Below the pieces are notes generated by a model. That model had not been told where the DNA came from, did no database searches, and saw only the letters and a program-made list of their open reading frames with translations. Of a stretch of 64,000 nucleotides of DNA, positions 8,998 to 19,496 are shown piece after piece. Numbering within the stretch: the stretch's first letter is position 1; every line of letters begins with the position of its first letter. This stretch comes from Myxococcales bacterium. Lineage in GTDB: Bacteria; Myxococcota_A; UBA9160; UBA4427. The position numbers and the translations under genes are program-made. The stretch spans positions 38,074-102,073 of the forward strand of contig DUCN01000057.1 of the NCBI GenBank assembly GCA_012959805.1. Reading direction: 5' to 3'.

Positions 8998-11867
8998 TGG
9001 AGCAAGCACCCTCCATAGATGAGCACCTCTCGAGACAACCGGGCGAGCCCGAGGAGTTGGTTCGTGCCGTCCCCGCCATCGTGAAGGCTTATCTCGCCGA
9101 AGTTCGTGAGCACCTGGAATGGCTGCATTGTTCGCCGAATCCGCCGGGCCTGGCAACGTCGGACGCGCCTGTCGTTCGAGTCAGCCAGCCGGGCTCCGGG
9201 CGGCGTGTGAACGAGGCCAACTCGGATCTCATGGATCGCATGATCCGCCGACTCTACGACCTCGCGGAGGAAGTGCATCGCGCCAGAGGCGGAGACGTCG
9301 ATGCGGATATCGCAGTGATCGCCGTTGGTGGCTACGCCCGACGTGAAATGTCGATTCATTCCGACGTCGACATTCTGATTCTCTATCGCGAAGAACTCAC
9401 TGGCTTTGTCGAGCATATTTCAGAGAGATTGCAGTATTGGCTCTGGGACGCCGGACTGACGGTCGGTTGCGCAACACGAACATTGGAGGAGACCGTCTCT
9501 CTCGGCCTCGAAGACGTGACGGTGAGGACAGCGGTCTTGACCGCCCGCTTTCTTTGCGGAGACGGGGAGTTCTTTCACGTCTTTGCGGATCGAATTCGTG
9601 ACGAGCTCCTCCCGGATCCCACCGCATTCGTCATCGAGCAGCAGGAGCTGATGCGTGAGCGCCAAATGGAATACGGCGATTCCCTCTACCTGCTTCAGCC
9701 TAATGTGAAGGAGGGTGTCGGGACTCTCCGCGACTATCACACTGCCTATTGGGTGGCACGGGGAACCCAGCCCAGCGTTCGAAACGTGGATGATCTTCTT
9801 CATTTCGGACTCCTGACCGAATCCGAGATGGATGACTATAAGGAGGCGCTCGATTTCTTTTGGCGGACTCGGAACGAGTTACATCGAATCGCAAAGCGCG
9901 CGAATGACCAGATGAGCTTCGAACTCCAGGAGGAGGTCAGCGAAGCATTAGGTTATGGCTCGATGGCTGCAGCCTTCGAGAAGGCTGCAGCCGCTCAACA
10001 TCGCCGGTCTCAGGGCGATGGGGAGACACTGGCGGACCTTCGATTCGAGCCGGACAACCCGGATCTGCCCGTCGAGCGCTTCATGCGCGATTACTATCGG
10101 CATGCCCGTGCCATCAAATCCTATTCGGAATTGGTGATCGATCAGTGTGCCACGCGAGCCCTTAACAGTTCATCCGATCATTCGGATCAGGATGTCGACG
10201 TGGAGCTCGAGGACGGCTTTTATCTGGCCAATCATCAACTGGCCATTCCGCATGCCTCGCACCTCCGTGAACAGCCTATTCGCCTTTTGCGCGCATACGA
10301 AGTGGCGCAGGCGCACCAGGTCAGCCTGTCGCGCATCGCCGAGCGATTGATTCGAGAGAACCTGTATCTTTTGGACGATGAGCTTCGATCATCGAAAGAA
10401 GTCTCCGAGATGTTCATGCGGATGCTCGACAGCGAGACGCGCGTCATGCGTACGCTGATGTCGATGAACGATGTTGGACTGCTTTCGCAGCTGATGCCGG
10501 AATGGGCACATATCGTTTGTCGCTGGCAGCATGTCATCTACCACACGTATACGGTCGACGTGCATTCAATCTTCCTTGTCGAGGAATTGAGACGACTGTG
10601 GCGGGGCAAGTACGCGCGAGTGATGCCGGTGCTGACCGAGCTGATGCAGGAGGTTGGAGATCGGGGCGTGCTCTTCCTTGGCTGTCTGCTGCATGACATC
10701 GGCAAAGGCTTTGGTGGGGACCATTCGAGCAAAGGTGTTGTGAGAGCGATTCCCGCAATCAAGCGCTTGGGTTTGTCTCCTGATCGTTCGGCGCGAGTGC
10801 TCTTCATCGTTCAACACCATCTCCTGATGTCCCACCTCGCGCAGAGCCGGGATCTTTCGGACGCGAAATTGATTCTCGAATTGGCGCAGATCTGTGGCGA
10901 CCGCACCAATCTGCGAAACCTTTATCTGGCAACCTTCGCGGACATTCGTGCTTCATCGCTCGAGGGTTGGACGGATTGGAAAGGGCAGCTGCTGCGTGAG
11001 CTCTATGAACGGACCGCAGAGATGCTCGAGACCGGAGCCGAACGCCCAGATCAAGCGGTGGCCTTGCTCGAAGCTCGGGTCGAGCGTCGGCGAGACGGAG
11101 CGCGCGAGGAACTCATGCGACTGGGGGTGGGTGAGGGCAAGATCGCCTCGCTTTTCGCGGCGCTTCCTCGACGTTATTTCCTGTCCCACACCCCACGGCA
11201 AATTGCGCGCCATGCTCAGGTCGTGCTGCGCTTCGGCGATGGGACGCGTTTGGCGATCGCCAATCGTGACATGAAGGGTGGATTCACAGAATTCATCCTC
11301 TGCACGAGCGATGTTCATGGGTTGTATAGCCAGGTTGCCGGGGTAATGACGGCTTGTGGACTCGATATCCTGGGTTCCCACGTGTACACGACGACGGGTG
11401 GGCTGGCTTTAGAGATCTATCGAACACGCACTCCTCGAGGTGGCCCCGAAGAGCGGAGCATTCTCTGGGCTGAAGTTGAATCAACACTTGATGCGGTACT
11501 CGGAGGCGAGGCTCGGGTGGAAGAATTGGTGCGCCGGCGGCGGCGACCCGTCGGAACGGCGAGGCTTCCGAGTCGCAAGGACGCGCGGGTACTTGTCTCC
11601 AATACTGAATCCGAGTTCTATACACTTGTCGATGTCATCGCCGATGATCGGCTCGGACTTCTCTACGATGCGACCCGGACGATCGGTGAGCACGGCTTTG
11701 AGATCTACATCTCAAAGGCGGCGACGATTAAAGACCAGGTGACCGACACCTTTTATCTCAAGGATCGAAACGGCAAGAAGATCAAAAATTCTAATGATTT
11801 GGACCGACTGCGTGAGGCATTGCTCGAAGCAGTTGATTCCGAGGTCGAGGGTCGCACTCGTGGCTGA
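8994..11867 (+). CDS. glnD: [Protein-PII] uridylyltransferase/uridylyl-removing enzyme
   Basis: NT motif AVGGYARREMSIHSDVD, PNVKEG.GTLRD, YHTYTVDVH, LLHDIGK and two C-terminal ACT domains. Confidence 0.96.
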   Translation: MMEQAPSIDEHLSRQPGEPEELVRAVPAIVKAYLAEVREHLEWLHCSPNPPGLATSDAPVVRVSQPGSGRRVNEANSDLMDRMIRRLYDLAEEVHRARGGDVDADIAVIAVGGYARREMSIHSDVDILILYREELTGFVEHISERLQYWLWDAGLTVGCATRTLEETVSLGLEDVTVRTAVLTARFLCGDGEFFHVFADRIRDELLPDPTAFVIEQQELMRERQMEYGDSLYLLQPNVKEGVGTLRDYHTAYWVARGTQPSVRNVDDLLHFGLLTESEMDDYKEALDFFWRTRNELHRIAKRANDQMSFELQEEVSEALGYGSMAAAFEKAAAAQHRRSQGDGETLADLRFEPDNPDLPVERFMRDYYRHARAIKSYSELVIDQCATRALNSSSDHSDQDVDVELEDGFYLANHQLAIPHASHLREQPIRLLRAYEVAQAHQVSLSRIAERLIRENLYLLDDELRSSKEVSEMFMRMLDSETRVMRTLMSMNDVGLLSQLMPEWAHIVCRWQHVIYHTYTVDVHSIFLVEELRRLWRGKYARVMPVLTELMQEVGDRGVLFLGCLLHDIGKGFGGDHSSKGVVRAIPAIKRLGLSPDRSARVLFIVQHHLLMSHLAQSRDLSDAKLILELAQICGDRTNLRNLYLATFADIRASSLEGWTDWKGQLLRELYERTAEMLETGAERPDQAVALLEARVERRRDGAREELMRLGVGEGKIASLFAALPRRYFLSHTPRQIARHAQVVLRFGDGTRLAIANRDMKGGFTEFILCTSDVHGLYSQVAGVMTACGLDILGSHVYTTTGGLALEIYRTRTPRGGPEERSILWAEVESTLDAVLGGEARVEELVRRRRRPVGTARLPSRKDARVLVSNTESEFYTLVDVIADDRLGLLYDATRTIGEHGFEIYISKAATIKDQVTDTFYLKDRNGKKIKNSNDLDRLREALLEAVDSEVEGRTRG

Positions 11868-12822
11868 CACCGTAAACAAATCGACCGGAGTCATTCCGCC
11901 GCCGAGTCCCCTCGAAGAACTATGCGACGCATTCCTGACGCGACTGGCCGTGGAAGAGGGGCTGTCGCCTCGGACGGTCGAGGCCTACTCAGGAGATCTC
12001 CGGCATCTGCGAATGCATCTGGCGATGGGAAAAGTCGAGCGTGTTGATCAAATTACACGGCGCGACCTATCGGCCTTTGCGTCCTACCTCGACGAGCGAG
12101 GTTTGGCGGCGAGTTCTCGCGCGCGGGCGCTGGTCTCTGTTAGGCGGCTATTGCGCTTTGCCCAAGAGCGAGGGGAGATCGATGCCGATCCTCTCGAAGG
12201 GCTCGAGTCTCCGAAGATGTCTCACACGCTGCCGCGAATCTTATGCCAAGAGGAAACGGAGGCTCTGATTGAGGCTGCGCGCACCGGGGATCCACTGGGC
12301 CTGCGGGACGTGGCGATGCTTGAGATGCTTTACGGCGCCGGGCTGCGGGTCTCTGAATTGGTCGGGCTGCCCTTCGAATCCGTAGACCTACGATCGTTCC
12401 TGTTGCGTGTGATTGGCAAGGGGAACAAGGAGCGGGTTGTTCCGATGGGAGAAGTCGCAGCGAGCGCGCTAAAGACCTATCTCTATGAGGGAAGACCGCT
12501 GCTTCTCAGAGGCCGGGAGGATCGAGACCGTGCCGTCTTCCTTTCGCGCAGGGGCAGGCGAATGACACGCCAGAATTTCTTTCTGAGAATTCGGCAGCAT
12601 GCCCAAAAAGCGGGCATCCCAAGTGAACGGGTCTCGCCCCATGTTCTTCGTCACGCGTTCGCGACGGACTTGCTGGAAGGCGGCGCGGACCTTCGTGCGA
12701 TTCAGACGATGCTTGGCCACGCGGATCTCTCGACGACAGAAATCTATACCCATGTGAGTCGGACGAAGCTGCGCGACACCGTGGAATCAAGGCACCCGCG
12801 CGGGTCGGCGGCAAACCGGTGA
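11860..12822 (+). CDS. xerD: Tyrosine recombinase XerD
   Basis: RDVAMLEMLYGAGLRVSEL, GKGNKER, SPHVLRHAFAT, LGHADLSTTEIYTHV. Probable GTG start at 11860 overlapping the glnD stop. Confidence 0.9.
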   Translation: MADTVNKSTGVIPPPSPLEELCDAFLTRLAVEEGLSPRTVEAYSGDLRHLRMHLAMGKVERVDQITRRDLSAFASYLDERGLAASSRARALVSVRRLLRFAQERGEIDADPLEGLESPKMSHTLPRILCQEETEALIEAARTGDPLGLRDVAMLEMLYGAGLRVSELVGLPFESVDLRSFLLRVIGKGNKERVVPMGEVAASALKTYLYEGRPLLLRGREDRDRAVFLSRRGRRMTRQNFFLRIRQHAQKAGIPSERVSPHVLRHAFATDLLEGGADLRAIQTMLGHADLSTTEIYTHVSRTKLRDTVESRHPRGSAANR

Positions 12823-14222
12823 AACGCAGTCTGAGTATGAATGAGATACTCGCTTCGCTGCCGGATGCGACTGGCGAGCTTCTTTTACGCGTCGTTCGGG
12901 CAGGCCAGTCCCAAGTCACGCCGATTCATCTCGTCGGGGGGCCGATTCGCGATCTCCTGCTTGGACGATCCGTGGTCGATGTCGATCTTGTCGTGGATGG
13001 GGATGTTCACGCACTCGGCGACGCAGTGGCGCGGGAGACCGTCGATGGGGAAATCGAGATCGAGGCGCACGATCGCTTTGGAACACTCCGGATTCGGTCC
13101 TCCGAGGCGCGCTTGGATCTTGCAAAACTTCGAACCGAAACTTATGCGGCGCCGGGAGCGCTGCCCGAGGTAGCGGTCGGAAGCCTCGATGAGGACCTTC
13201 TGCGTCGGGATTTCAGCGTGAACGCCATGGTCTGCCTGCTCGATTCGGAGGAGCCTGGAAGGGCGGTTCCGATTGTCGATATGTTAGGTGGCCTAGCGGA
13301 TCTACATGGGCGAAAACTTCGCATCTTGCATTCACGCAGTTTTCACGACGATCCAACCCGGGCATTTAGGGCCGCCCGATTGGCCGCCCGATTGGGCTTT
13401 TCACTGGATCGGAAGTCGCGTAGTTCGCTGCGCGATGCCTTGCGCGACGGGGCTTTTGGCGCGGTCAGTGGCGAGCGATGGCGCCGAGAACTTCAACAGA
13501 CTTTCGAGGAAGCCGAGCGTGGCGTGCATGTGGGTCATGTCTTGAAGTCACTCTCGAATTGGCATGTCTTGACGGCGCTCGAGCCGGGCTTGCAGTTCGG
13601 GGCGGACCGACTGGTTCCTCTGCGACGTCTGTCCAGGGCGATCGCCAATCCGGAGTGGACGGCTCCGCGCTGGCGTCCCTGGTTGGCCGGTCTTTCGATT
13701 TGGTTGGCTCCTCTTCCCGCCGCACTGCGCCGACGGACGCTCGAGCGGTTCTCGATTCGCGGCGAGCAGGCAAAGCGGATCGTGCAGTTTGGCCGGGACG
13801 CCGAGCGTACGCTTCGAAGCCTGACCAAAGCGAGGGGGCGTGGTGCGGTGGATGCCATCCTCTCGGATCTTCCCGAGGAGACTGTTCAAGCTCTTCATGC
13901 CCTCGCAGATGTCTCTGTGCGGCGCCGGATACTGCGGTGGGGTGCCGAAGATCGCCGCCGTCGCTCGCCGGTGGGCGGTGGCGAAATCGCTGAATTAGGC
14001 TTGTCCGGACCAGATGTTGGGCGCGCATTGGCACGCATTCGGGCGGGTTTTCTGGATGGCGAAATTGCGAATCGGGAGGAAGCGCTGGCCCTCGCGGAAG
14101 AAATCGCTAAACGGGTCCACCGCAGACGGCAGACCGACGGAAAGAAGGCTTCTGGGCGCAGAAGAGTTGCCCGTCGAAGCACGATCACGGATACTGTCGC
14201 CGACGGTCGGCCACCAGACTGA
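12819..14222 (+). CDS. Class II tRNA nucleotidyltransferase, A-adding-type loop
   Basis: VGGPIRD..DVD, loop RTETYAAPGALPEV, EDLLRRDFSVNAM, SFHDDPTRAFRA. Confidence 0.85.
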   Translation: MKRSLSMNEILASLPDATGELLLRVVRAGQSQVTPIHLVGGPIRDLLLGRSVVDVDLVVDGDVHALGDAVARETVDGEIEIEAHDRFGTLRIRSSEARLDLAKLRTETYAAPGALPEVAVGSLDEDLLRRDFSVNAMVCLLDSEEPGRAVPIVDMLGGLADLHGRKLRILHSRSFHDDPTRAFRAARLAARLGFSLDRKSRSSLRDALRDGAFGAVSGERWRRELQQTFEEAERGVHVGHVLKSLSNWHVLTALEPGLQFGADRLVPLRRLSRAIANPEWTAPRWRPWLAGLSIWLAPLPAALRRRTLERFSIRGEQAKRIVQFGRDAERTLRSLTKARGRGAVDAILSDLPEETVQALHALADVSVRRRILRWGAEDRRRRSPVGGGEIAELGLSGPDVGRALARIRAGFLDGEIANREEALALAEEIAKRVHRRRQTDGKKASGRRRVARRSTITDTVADGRPPD

Positions 14223-14325
14223 GTTCTGAACACTGAATGAGGTCATCGCTGTTCGTCTCGGCCCGTTCGCGGACCTCCCCCCAGGCATCAGGAAGCTAGG
14301 AATATTGCGTTATGGCCGGTAGCCG

Positions 14326-15189
14326 ATGAGTGCACGGGAATGGACTGCGACGAGCGCGCTTGAAGACCTCGGCGAGGAGCCGAGTGAGCGGACCGATGGC
14401 CTGGATGGCTACTCGGTCAAGGTTTCCGTCTTCGAGGGCCCCCTCGATCTGTTATTGCATCTGATTCGCCAGAACGAAGTCGATATCACCGATATCCCGA
14501 TTTCCCGGATTGCCGCGCAATATCTCGAAACCATCGAATTGATGGAAGGGCTGAATCTCGACGTTGCCGCCGAATATCTAGTCATGGCGGCCACGCTGGC
14601 TCTGATCAAGAGCCGAATGCTGTTGCCCGACGAATCCCATGAAGAGGAAGAGGGAACGGATCCGCGCGCGGACCTGGTCCGACGCCTCCTCGAATACCAG
14701 CGATTCAAGGAGGCCGCGAATACGCTTTCGAAGCGTCGGCTTCTCGGACGTGACGTCTTCAGTGTCATCGGCCCCGGCCCCGAAAAAACACCGCAGGGTG
14801 AACGCGAACTCGAGGTCGGACTATTCGAGCTAGTGGCCGCTTTTCGCGACGTGCTCGACCAATCAAAATTGCTCTCCTTGAAGCATGAGATCGAGACCGA
14901 ACACATCACCGTTCGCGAGCGGATGATGGTCGTGATGGATTTGCTCGAAGCCCACGAGTCGATCGAGTTCATGCGAATCTTCGAGTCACCGGATCGCGAT
15001 GGTCCGGTGAGCCGGCCGGTTCTGGTTGCGACGTTCCTGGCGATCCTGGAACTGGCTAGGCTATCCGCACTGCGTATCTACCAAGGTCTATCGGAACGAG
15101 AAACGCCCGAAGGCCCCATTCGGATTCGGCAAGCGACCCCGGATACGGGCGATCCGAATTGGCGAGAGCGCATTGCAGAATCGATGTAG
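14326..15189 (+). CDS. scpA: Segregation and condensation protein A (kleisin)
   Basis: FEGPLDLLLHLI, YLVMAATL..IKSRMLLP, TFLAILEL. Confidence 0.95.
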   Translation: MSAREWTATSALEDLGEEPSERTDGLDGYSVKVSVFEGPLDLLLHLIRQNEVDITDIPISRIAAQYLETIELMEGLNLDVAAEYLVMAATLALIKSRMLLPDESHEEEEGTDPRADLVRRLLEYQRFKEAANTLSKRRLLGRDVFSVIGPGPEKTPQGERELEVGLFELVAAFRDVLDQSKLLSLKHEIETEHITVRERMMVVMDLLEAHESIEFMRIFESPDRDGPVSRPVLVATFLAILELARLSALRIYQGLSERETPEGPIRIRQATPDTGDPNWRERIAESM

Positions 15190-15202
15190 ATCATGATTGT
15201 CT

Positions 15203-15256
15203 TCAACATTCAAGACCCTCCAAACGTTCAAGACTGCCCAAATGTTCAAGACTGTC
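15203..15256. repeat. Three imperfect 18-bp tandem repeats between scpA and scpB
   Basis: TCAACATTCAAGACCCTC / CAAACGTTCAAGACTGCC / CAAATGTTCAAGACTGTC, with invariant core TTCAAGAC. Confidence 0.85.
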
Positions 15257-15281
15257 CGGACCCCGCGACGCAGGAGTCATT

Positions 15282-16115
15282 GTGAGTAGAATGGAATCCA
15301 AGGAAAAGCGCAGGATCATCGAGGCTCTGGTGCTTTCGTCGCCGGAGCCGATTTCGGCGGAAAAACTTGCGGAGATTATTCCTTACTGCAAACCAGGCCA
15401 GGCGAAGGATCTCGTCAACGAGCTCAATACGGAATACGCCGAGCAAGATCGCGCCTTCGAGATTTGGGAAGTCGCGGGTGGTTTTCAGATTCGAACGCGC
15501 GCGGAATTCTCTGGCTATCTTCAGAAGTTGCAAAAAGAACGAGCCCTACGCTTGTCTCCGGCCGCTCTCGAAACACTCGCGATCATCGCCTATCGCCAGC
15601 CGACTACCCGTGCCGAGATCGAGGAGGTCCGGGGCGTGGATGCCGGCGCAACGGTGCGGAGTCTGCTTGAACGTCATCTGATTCGCATCGCTGGTCAGCG
15701 AGAAGTGCCCGGTCGTCCAATGCTCTATGGCACGACCCGTCGCTTCCTCGAAGTCTTCGGCATCGAGAATCTGAAGAATCTGCCCTCTCTGCGCGAGTTG
15801 GATGAGTTGGCCAAAGAGCAGGGCCTGCTCGATCCAGCGGCCGACGAGAACGCCGAGGCGGAGGCGGAGGCGTCAGCCGACGCTATTACGGAAGGGATCG
15901 AAGTCGTAGAATCCCCAGAACTTACGGAAACAGATTCCGCCGACGTCACTGACGTCGCCGCGGACGCCAGCACAGACGAACTTCGGGAGTTGGATGGCGG
16001 GGAACTGACCCAGGCGGACGAGATGCCGGACGGTGAAGCGATCGAGCAGGACGATGCGATCTCGCGGGAGTCGGATGGCAATCTGGCCGACAATGAGGGG
16101 TTGACGGAACGTTAG
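15282..16115 (+). CDS. scpB: SMC-Scp complex subunit ScpB with long acidic tail
   Basis: IIEALV, EVAGGFQIRT, LSPAALETLAIIAYRQP.TRAEIEEVRGVD, GRPMLYGTT. GTG at 15282 follows AGGAG (alternative start ATG 15291). Confidence 0.95.
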   Translation: MSRMESKEKRRIIEALVLSSPEPISAEKLAEIIPYCKPGQAKDLVNELNTEYAEQDRAFEIWEVAGGFQIRTRAEFSGYLQKLQKERALRLSPAALETLAIIAYRQPTTRAEIEEVRGVDAGATVRSLLERHLIRIAGQREVPGRPMLYGTTRRFLEVFGIENLKNLPSLRELDELAKEQGLLDPAADENAEAEAEASADAITEGIEVVESPELTETDSADVTDVAADASTDELRELDGGELTQADEMPDGEAIEQDDAISRESDGNLADNEGLTER

Positions 16116-16119
16116 TCTG

Positions 16120-17109
16120 ATGCCTCACGGAAAATCTCCCAAACATACTCGCAAGGCCCGCAGCAAAAGTTCTGCGGCCAACAAGAGGGGCCAGGGGCCG
16201 GCGCGCAAGAAGCTTGGCTCGGACGACAGGGCTGCGTCCGGCGTCGGTGGCGCTGCGTCGGTAGGACAGTCCACCCCGATCGATCGCTCCGTTCGATTGC
16301 AGAAATTGATTGCGGGGGCAGGCTTCGGGTCGCGACGTGATGTCGAGCAATTCATCGTCGATCAGCGAGTAACGGTCAACGGTCGAGTTGTGAATGTTGG
16401 GGATCGAGCAGATCCCGGAGTGGACGACATTCGTCTCGACGGCGAGCGGCTGCTGCGCGAGAAGCCCAGCTATTGGATCCTGAACAAGCCCCGCGGCGTC
16501 GTCACGACGGTTCGCGATAACGAGGGTCGCAAGACCGTCATCAGCTTGATGCCGAAGAATATTGGTCGGCTCTTTCCGGTGGGTCGTCTCGACCGTGAAA
16601 CATCGGGCCTCTTGTTGCTGACCAACGACGGCGATACCGCCCACGTGCTGCTTCACCCATCATTGGGCAACGAACGTGAATATCGGGTCAGCGTCAAGGG
16701 GCACATCGACGCGAAGGCCGTGGGCCGACTCGAAAAGGGCGTCTCGCTCGAGGATGGGCGGACTTCTCCGGGTCGTGTCAGCAACGTTCGACTTGATCCA
16801 GATTCGGGAAACTCGAGTTTTGCCCTCGTCTTGATGGAGGGACGGAAGCGTCAGATTCGACGAAGTCTACTCGTGCTGGGATTTCCGGTTCGACGATTGG
16901 TTCGTGTGAGGATGGGGCCGCTGCGACTGGGGAGACTGGCCGTGGGGCAGGCGCGGCCGCTTCGGTCGGAGGAGCGGCGGAGCTTGTTGATGCACGCCGA
17001 GAAGCTTCGGGATGCGCCAAAGTCCTCGAAGAACAAGTCTCGAGCCGGGCGAGCCCGATCCACTTCAGTTCAGCGAACAGTGAGCTCCAAGAAGGGCACC
17101 AGAAAATAG
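16120..17109 (+). CDS. rluB: rRNA pseudouridine synthase (RluB/RsuA family)
   Basis: S4 domain RLQKLIA.AGFGSRR, LNKPRG, catalytic GRLD, EGRKRQIRR; follows scpAB. Confidence 0.88.
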   Translation: MPHGKSPKHTRKARSKSSAANKRGQGPARKKLGSDDRAASGVGGAASVGQSTPIDRSVRLQKLIAGAGFGSRRDVEQFIVDQRVTVNGRVVNVGDRADPGVDDIRLDGERLLREKPSYWILNKPRGVVTTVRDNEGRKTVISLMPKNIGRLFPVGRLDRETSGLLLLTNDGDTAHVLLHPSLGNEREYRVSVKGHIDAKAVGRLEKGVSLEDGRTSPGRVSNVRLDPDSGNSSFALVLMEGRKRQIRRSLLVLGFPVRRLVRVRMGPLRLGRLAVGQARPLRSEERRSLLMHAEKLRDAPKSSKNKSRAGRARSTSVQRTVSSKKGTRK

Positions 17110-17497
17110 AACGCGAGCAGGAGGCCGAGCAGGAAAGACAGGCCTTGCGGAAAATCTCGTGGCATCGCGATCGATCCTTCCTTTCTGTGCTTACGTTCGA
17201 GGCCGACCGAGGGTCCCGTCGATCGGACATCTTTCTAATTTCTTCTTCTTCTCTTTTCTTCAAGAGCAAGAATCGTGCAAACGCTCGCGATACGCGCGGC
17301 TCGTTTCTCGACCGGCTGAATGAGTTGCCGGCACCCAGCGTTGACGCTGAATCTGCCGCTCAATTGCCGCTGTTGTCGTGGCTAGGCTGCGGGACTTGAG
17401 GCTTCCCGGGTGGAAACAAAGTCTCCACCAATGGAAGTTCTAAGACCGGCCGGAAGACGCCGGCCATGTCATCGGGGCGACTTCGCCGAATGCCGAA

Positions 17498-18541
17498 TCA
17501 GGTTGAGCGCTCTTGCTCTTCCTTGGTGCGATCGACTCGGGAAACGGCCCAGGTGAGGAGAATACCGAGGGCGATGGCTCCGCCCGTTTCGGCAACTTGG
17601 CTGGTGCTCGGACTGAATCGCTCGAGTGGCCAGTCCTCGACGGGAAATTCTTCGAGTTCCGCTTCCGGAACGAGGATCCCATGGTCCATGAATCCGGGTT
17701 CTGGCGCGACGGCCTTCTGAAATGGGTAGAGGCCAACGACTGCGCCGAGCAGGAGTCCGATCAGGACGCCTAACGTCGCTTTCTCGTACCGAGCCAGCAG
17801 CCAGCGAAGGGCGTTGCTGACTCCGACGATGCCGACCACCACGCCGATTCCGACTGGGATCACAACGTTCATGGAATCCAGGATTCGCGCCAGATCGAAT
17901 CCGGAAGGACCAATCAGACCAAGCTTGAGTTCGTCCACTGCCCCGAGAATTGGTTCATATTGGCCGAGGAGCAGCAACAGGTATCCGCCCGAGATTCCGG
18001 GCAAAATCATGGCGGAGGCACCGGCTAGGCCAGAGAGAAGCAGTAGCGGAAAACTCTCAGTGCTCGTCCCCTGTGATTCGGTGCCAAACGCCATGACGAC
18101 CATGAGAGCGAATGCGATTCCAGCGGCGACCCAAACGCTTCGTGTGATGGGTTGGGCGAGGCGCCAGACCAGTGGAAGGCCGCCCAGGGTGAGTCCGATA
18201 AAGAAGCTGTACATCAGCGGGCGCTGCTCGATGACCAACATTCGCGTCGGCCCCGCTAGCCCTCCAATCGCGAGGATGGCAGAGCCGCCGATCGTGGCCA
18301 GGATGACGAGCGAGCGAGGCTTGAATCGTAAGACCGTGATGTCGGCAATCGCATTAATGAAGCTCGGATAGACGCCGACTGCGAGAAGCATGGTTCCGCC
18401 GCTGATTCCCGGGACCAGGTTCGCGAGCCCCATCAGGATTCCACCCAGGAGTCCGCGTGGGATGAAGCCTGCGAGGGAAGTTTCCTCGGCATTCGCTTGG
18501 ATCGATGACTGCGCCTTCAATGAACTCCCCCCCGACAGCAC
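17498..18541 (-). CDS. DUF368-family membrane protein (putative undecaprenyl-phosphate translocase)
   Basis: Duplicated MG.ANLVPGISGGT and AMILPGISG motifs; many TM segments. Exact start uncertain. Confidence 0.88.
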   Translation of the reverse strand: MLSGGSSLKAQSSIQANAEETSLAGFIPRGLLGGILMGLANLVPGISGGTMLLAVGVYPSFINAIADITVLRFKPRSLVILATIGGSAILAIGGLAGPTRMLVIEQRPLMYSFFIGLTLGGLPLVWRLAQPITRSVWVAAGIAFALMVVMAFGTESQGTSTESFPLLLLSGLAGASAMILPGISGGYLLLLLGQYEPILGAVDELKLGLIGPSGFDLARILDSMNVVIPVGIGVVVGIVGVSNALRWLLARYEKATLGVLIGLLLGAVVGLYPFQKAVAPEPGFMDHGILVPEAELEEFPVEDWPLERFSPSTSQVAETGGAIALGILLTWAVSRVDRTKEEQERST

Positions 18542-18680
18542 GAGTCGTTCACGCGCGTCTGTCCTTGCTCTGTGCCGCCCTTGGCTGGCTCGTGGTCGGC
18601 TACTCTAGCCCGAATCGGGTGCAACGGTCCCAGTCAGTGCCTTTCACTTTCAGCCACTCCCAGCGACTTCGGAGGCAGCC

Positions 18681-19496
18681 ATGTGCGGAAGAATGACGCT
18701 GACGAAATCCGGCAGTGAGATCGCCGAGTATTTCGCCTTGGCCATGGCTGAGGAGGCCGTGACCGAGATGGACGGAACATCACTCCGCCCGCGCTACAAC
18801 ATCGCACCTTCACAGCCCATCGCGACGATTGATCATTGTGCAGACGAACGGCCCGAGCTGCATTGGAAACAGTGGGGACTGGTTCCCTCCTGGAGCAAGG
18901 ATCCGCGCATAGTCGGTAAACTATTCAATGCACGCTCCGAGACCGCGTCTGAGAAACCCTCGTTTCGGGCCGCCTGGAAGCGGCGCCGATGTCTCGTTGT
19001 CGCCGACGGTTTTTACGAATGGACGCCTCGGGCGCGCGACCACCAGCCCTACCATTTCAGTCGAGGGGATGGCTCGCTCCTGGCCTTCGCCGGGCTCTAT
19101 GAAGAATGGCTGGGGGAGGGCGGGGAGCTGATTGAATCGTGTACGGTCTTGACCACGGCGGCCAGTGCCGATCTCGAAGGAGTTCATCATCGCATGCCCG
19201 TTATCCTGGTGGCTGAGAATTTCGGTGCGTGGCTCGGACAGGGCTCCGATCCGGAAGCGTTGAAGGCACTCATGCAACCGGCTCCATCGGGAACACTCGA
19301 GAAAAAAGCCGTTGGTCGGACCGTGAATAATCCGCGGCATGATGACCCGAGTTGTCTTTTGCCGGCATCGGCGACCAGCCAGGCCGACGCGGTTGATGCA
19401 TCACGCGAGGCGACCCCGAAATCCCTGGACCGGGACAGCGAGGATCCGTCGGACCAGGCTGAGCTTTTCGGGCCTGACCCCGAGGTTTCAAAATGA
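18681..19496 (+). CDS. SOS response-associated peptidase (SRAP/YedK/HMCES abasic-site protein)
   Basis: N-terminal MCGR, RYNIAPSQ, WGLVPSW, NARSET, DGFYEW, HHRMPVIL. Confidence 0.95.
   Translation: MCGRMTLTKSGSEIAEYFALAMAEEAVTEMDGTSLRPRYNIAPSQPIATIDHCADERPELHWKQWGLVPSWSKDPRIVGKLFNARSETASEKPSFRAAWKRRRCLVVADGFYEWTPRARDHQPYHFSRGDGSLLAFAGLYEEWLGEGGELIESCTVLTTAASADLEGVHHRMPVILVAENFGAWLGQGSDPEALKALMQPAPSGTLEKKAVGRTVNNPRHDDPSCLLPASATSQADAVDASREATPKSLDRDSEDPSDQAELFGPDPEVSK

Noticed and set aside
11860-12822. Tyrosine recombinase as a phage or island integrase
   Set aside because: It has XerD-specific motifs and overlaps housekeeping genes on both sides; there is no mobile cargo or att site.
14322-14330. 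Fourth GCCGATGAG sigma28-like box
   Set aside because: It overlaps the scpA start codon itself and has no -35 match at 15 nt. The same applies to the copy at the PpiC gene start (about 36910-36918).
15203-15256. Mini CRISPR array
   Set aside because: Units are 18 bp, contiguous, without spacers, and there are no cas genes.
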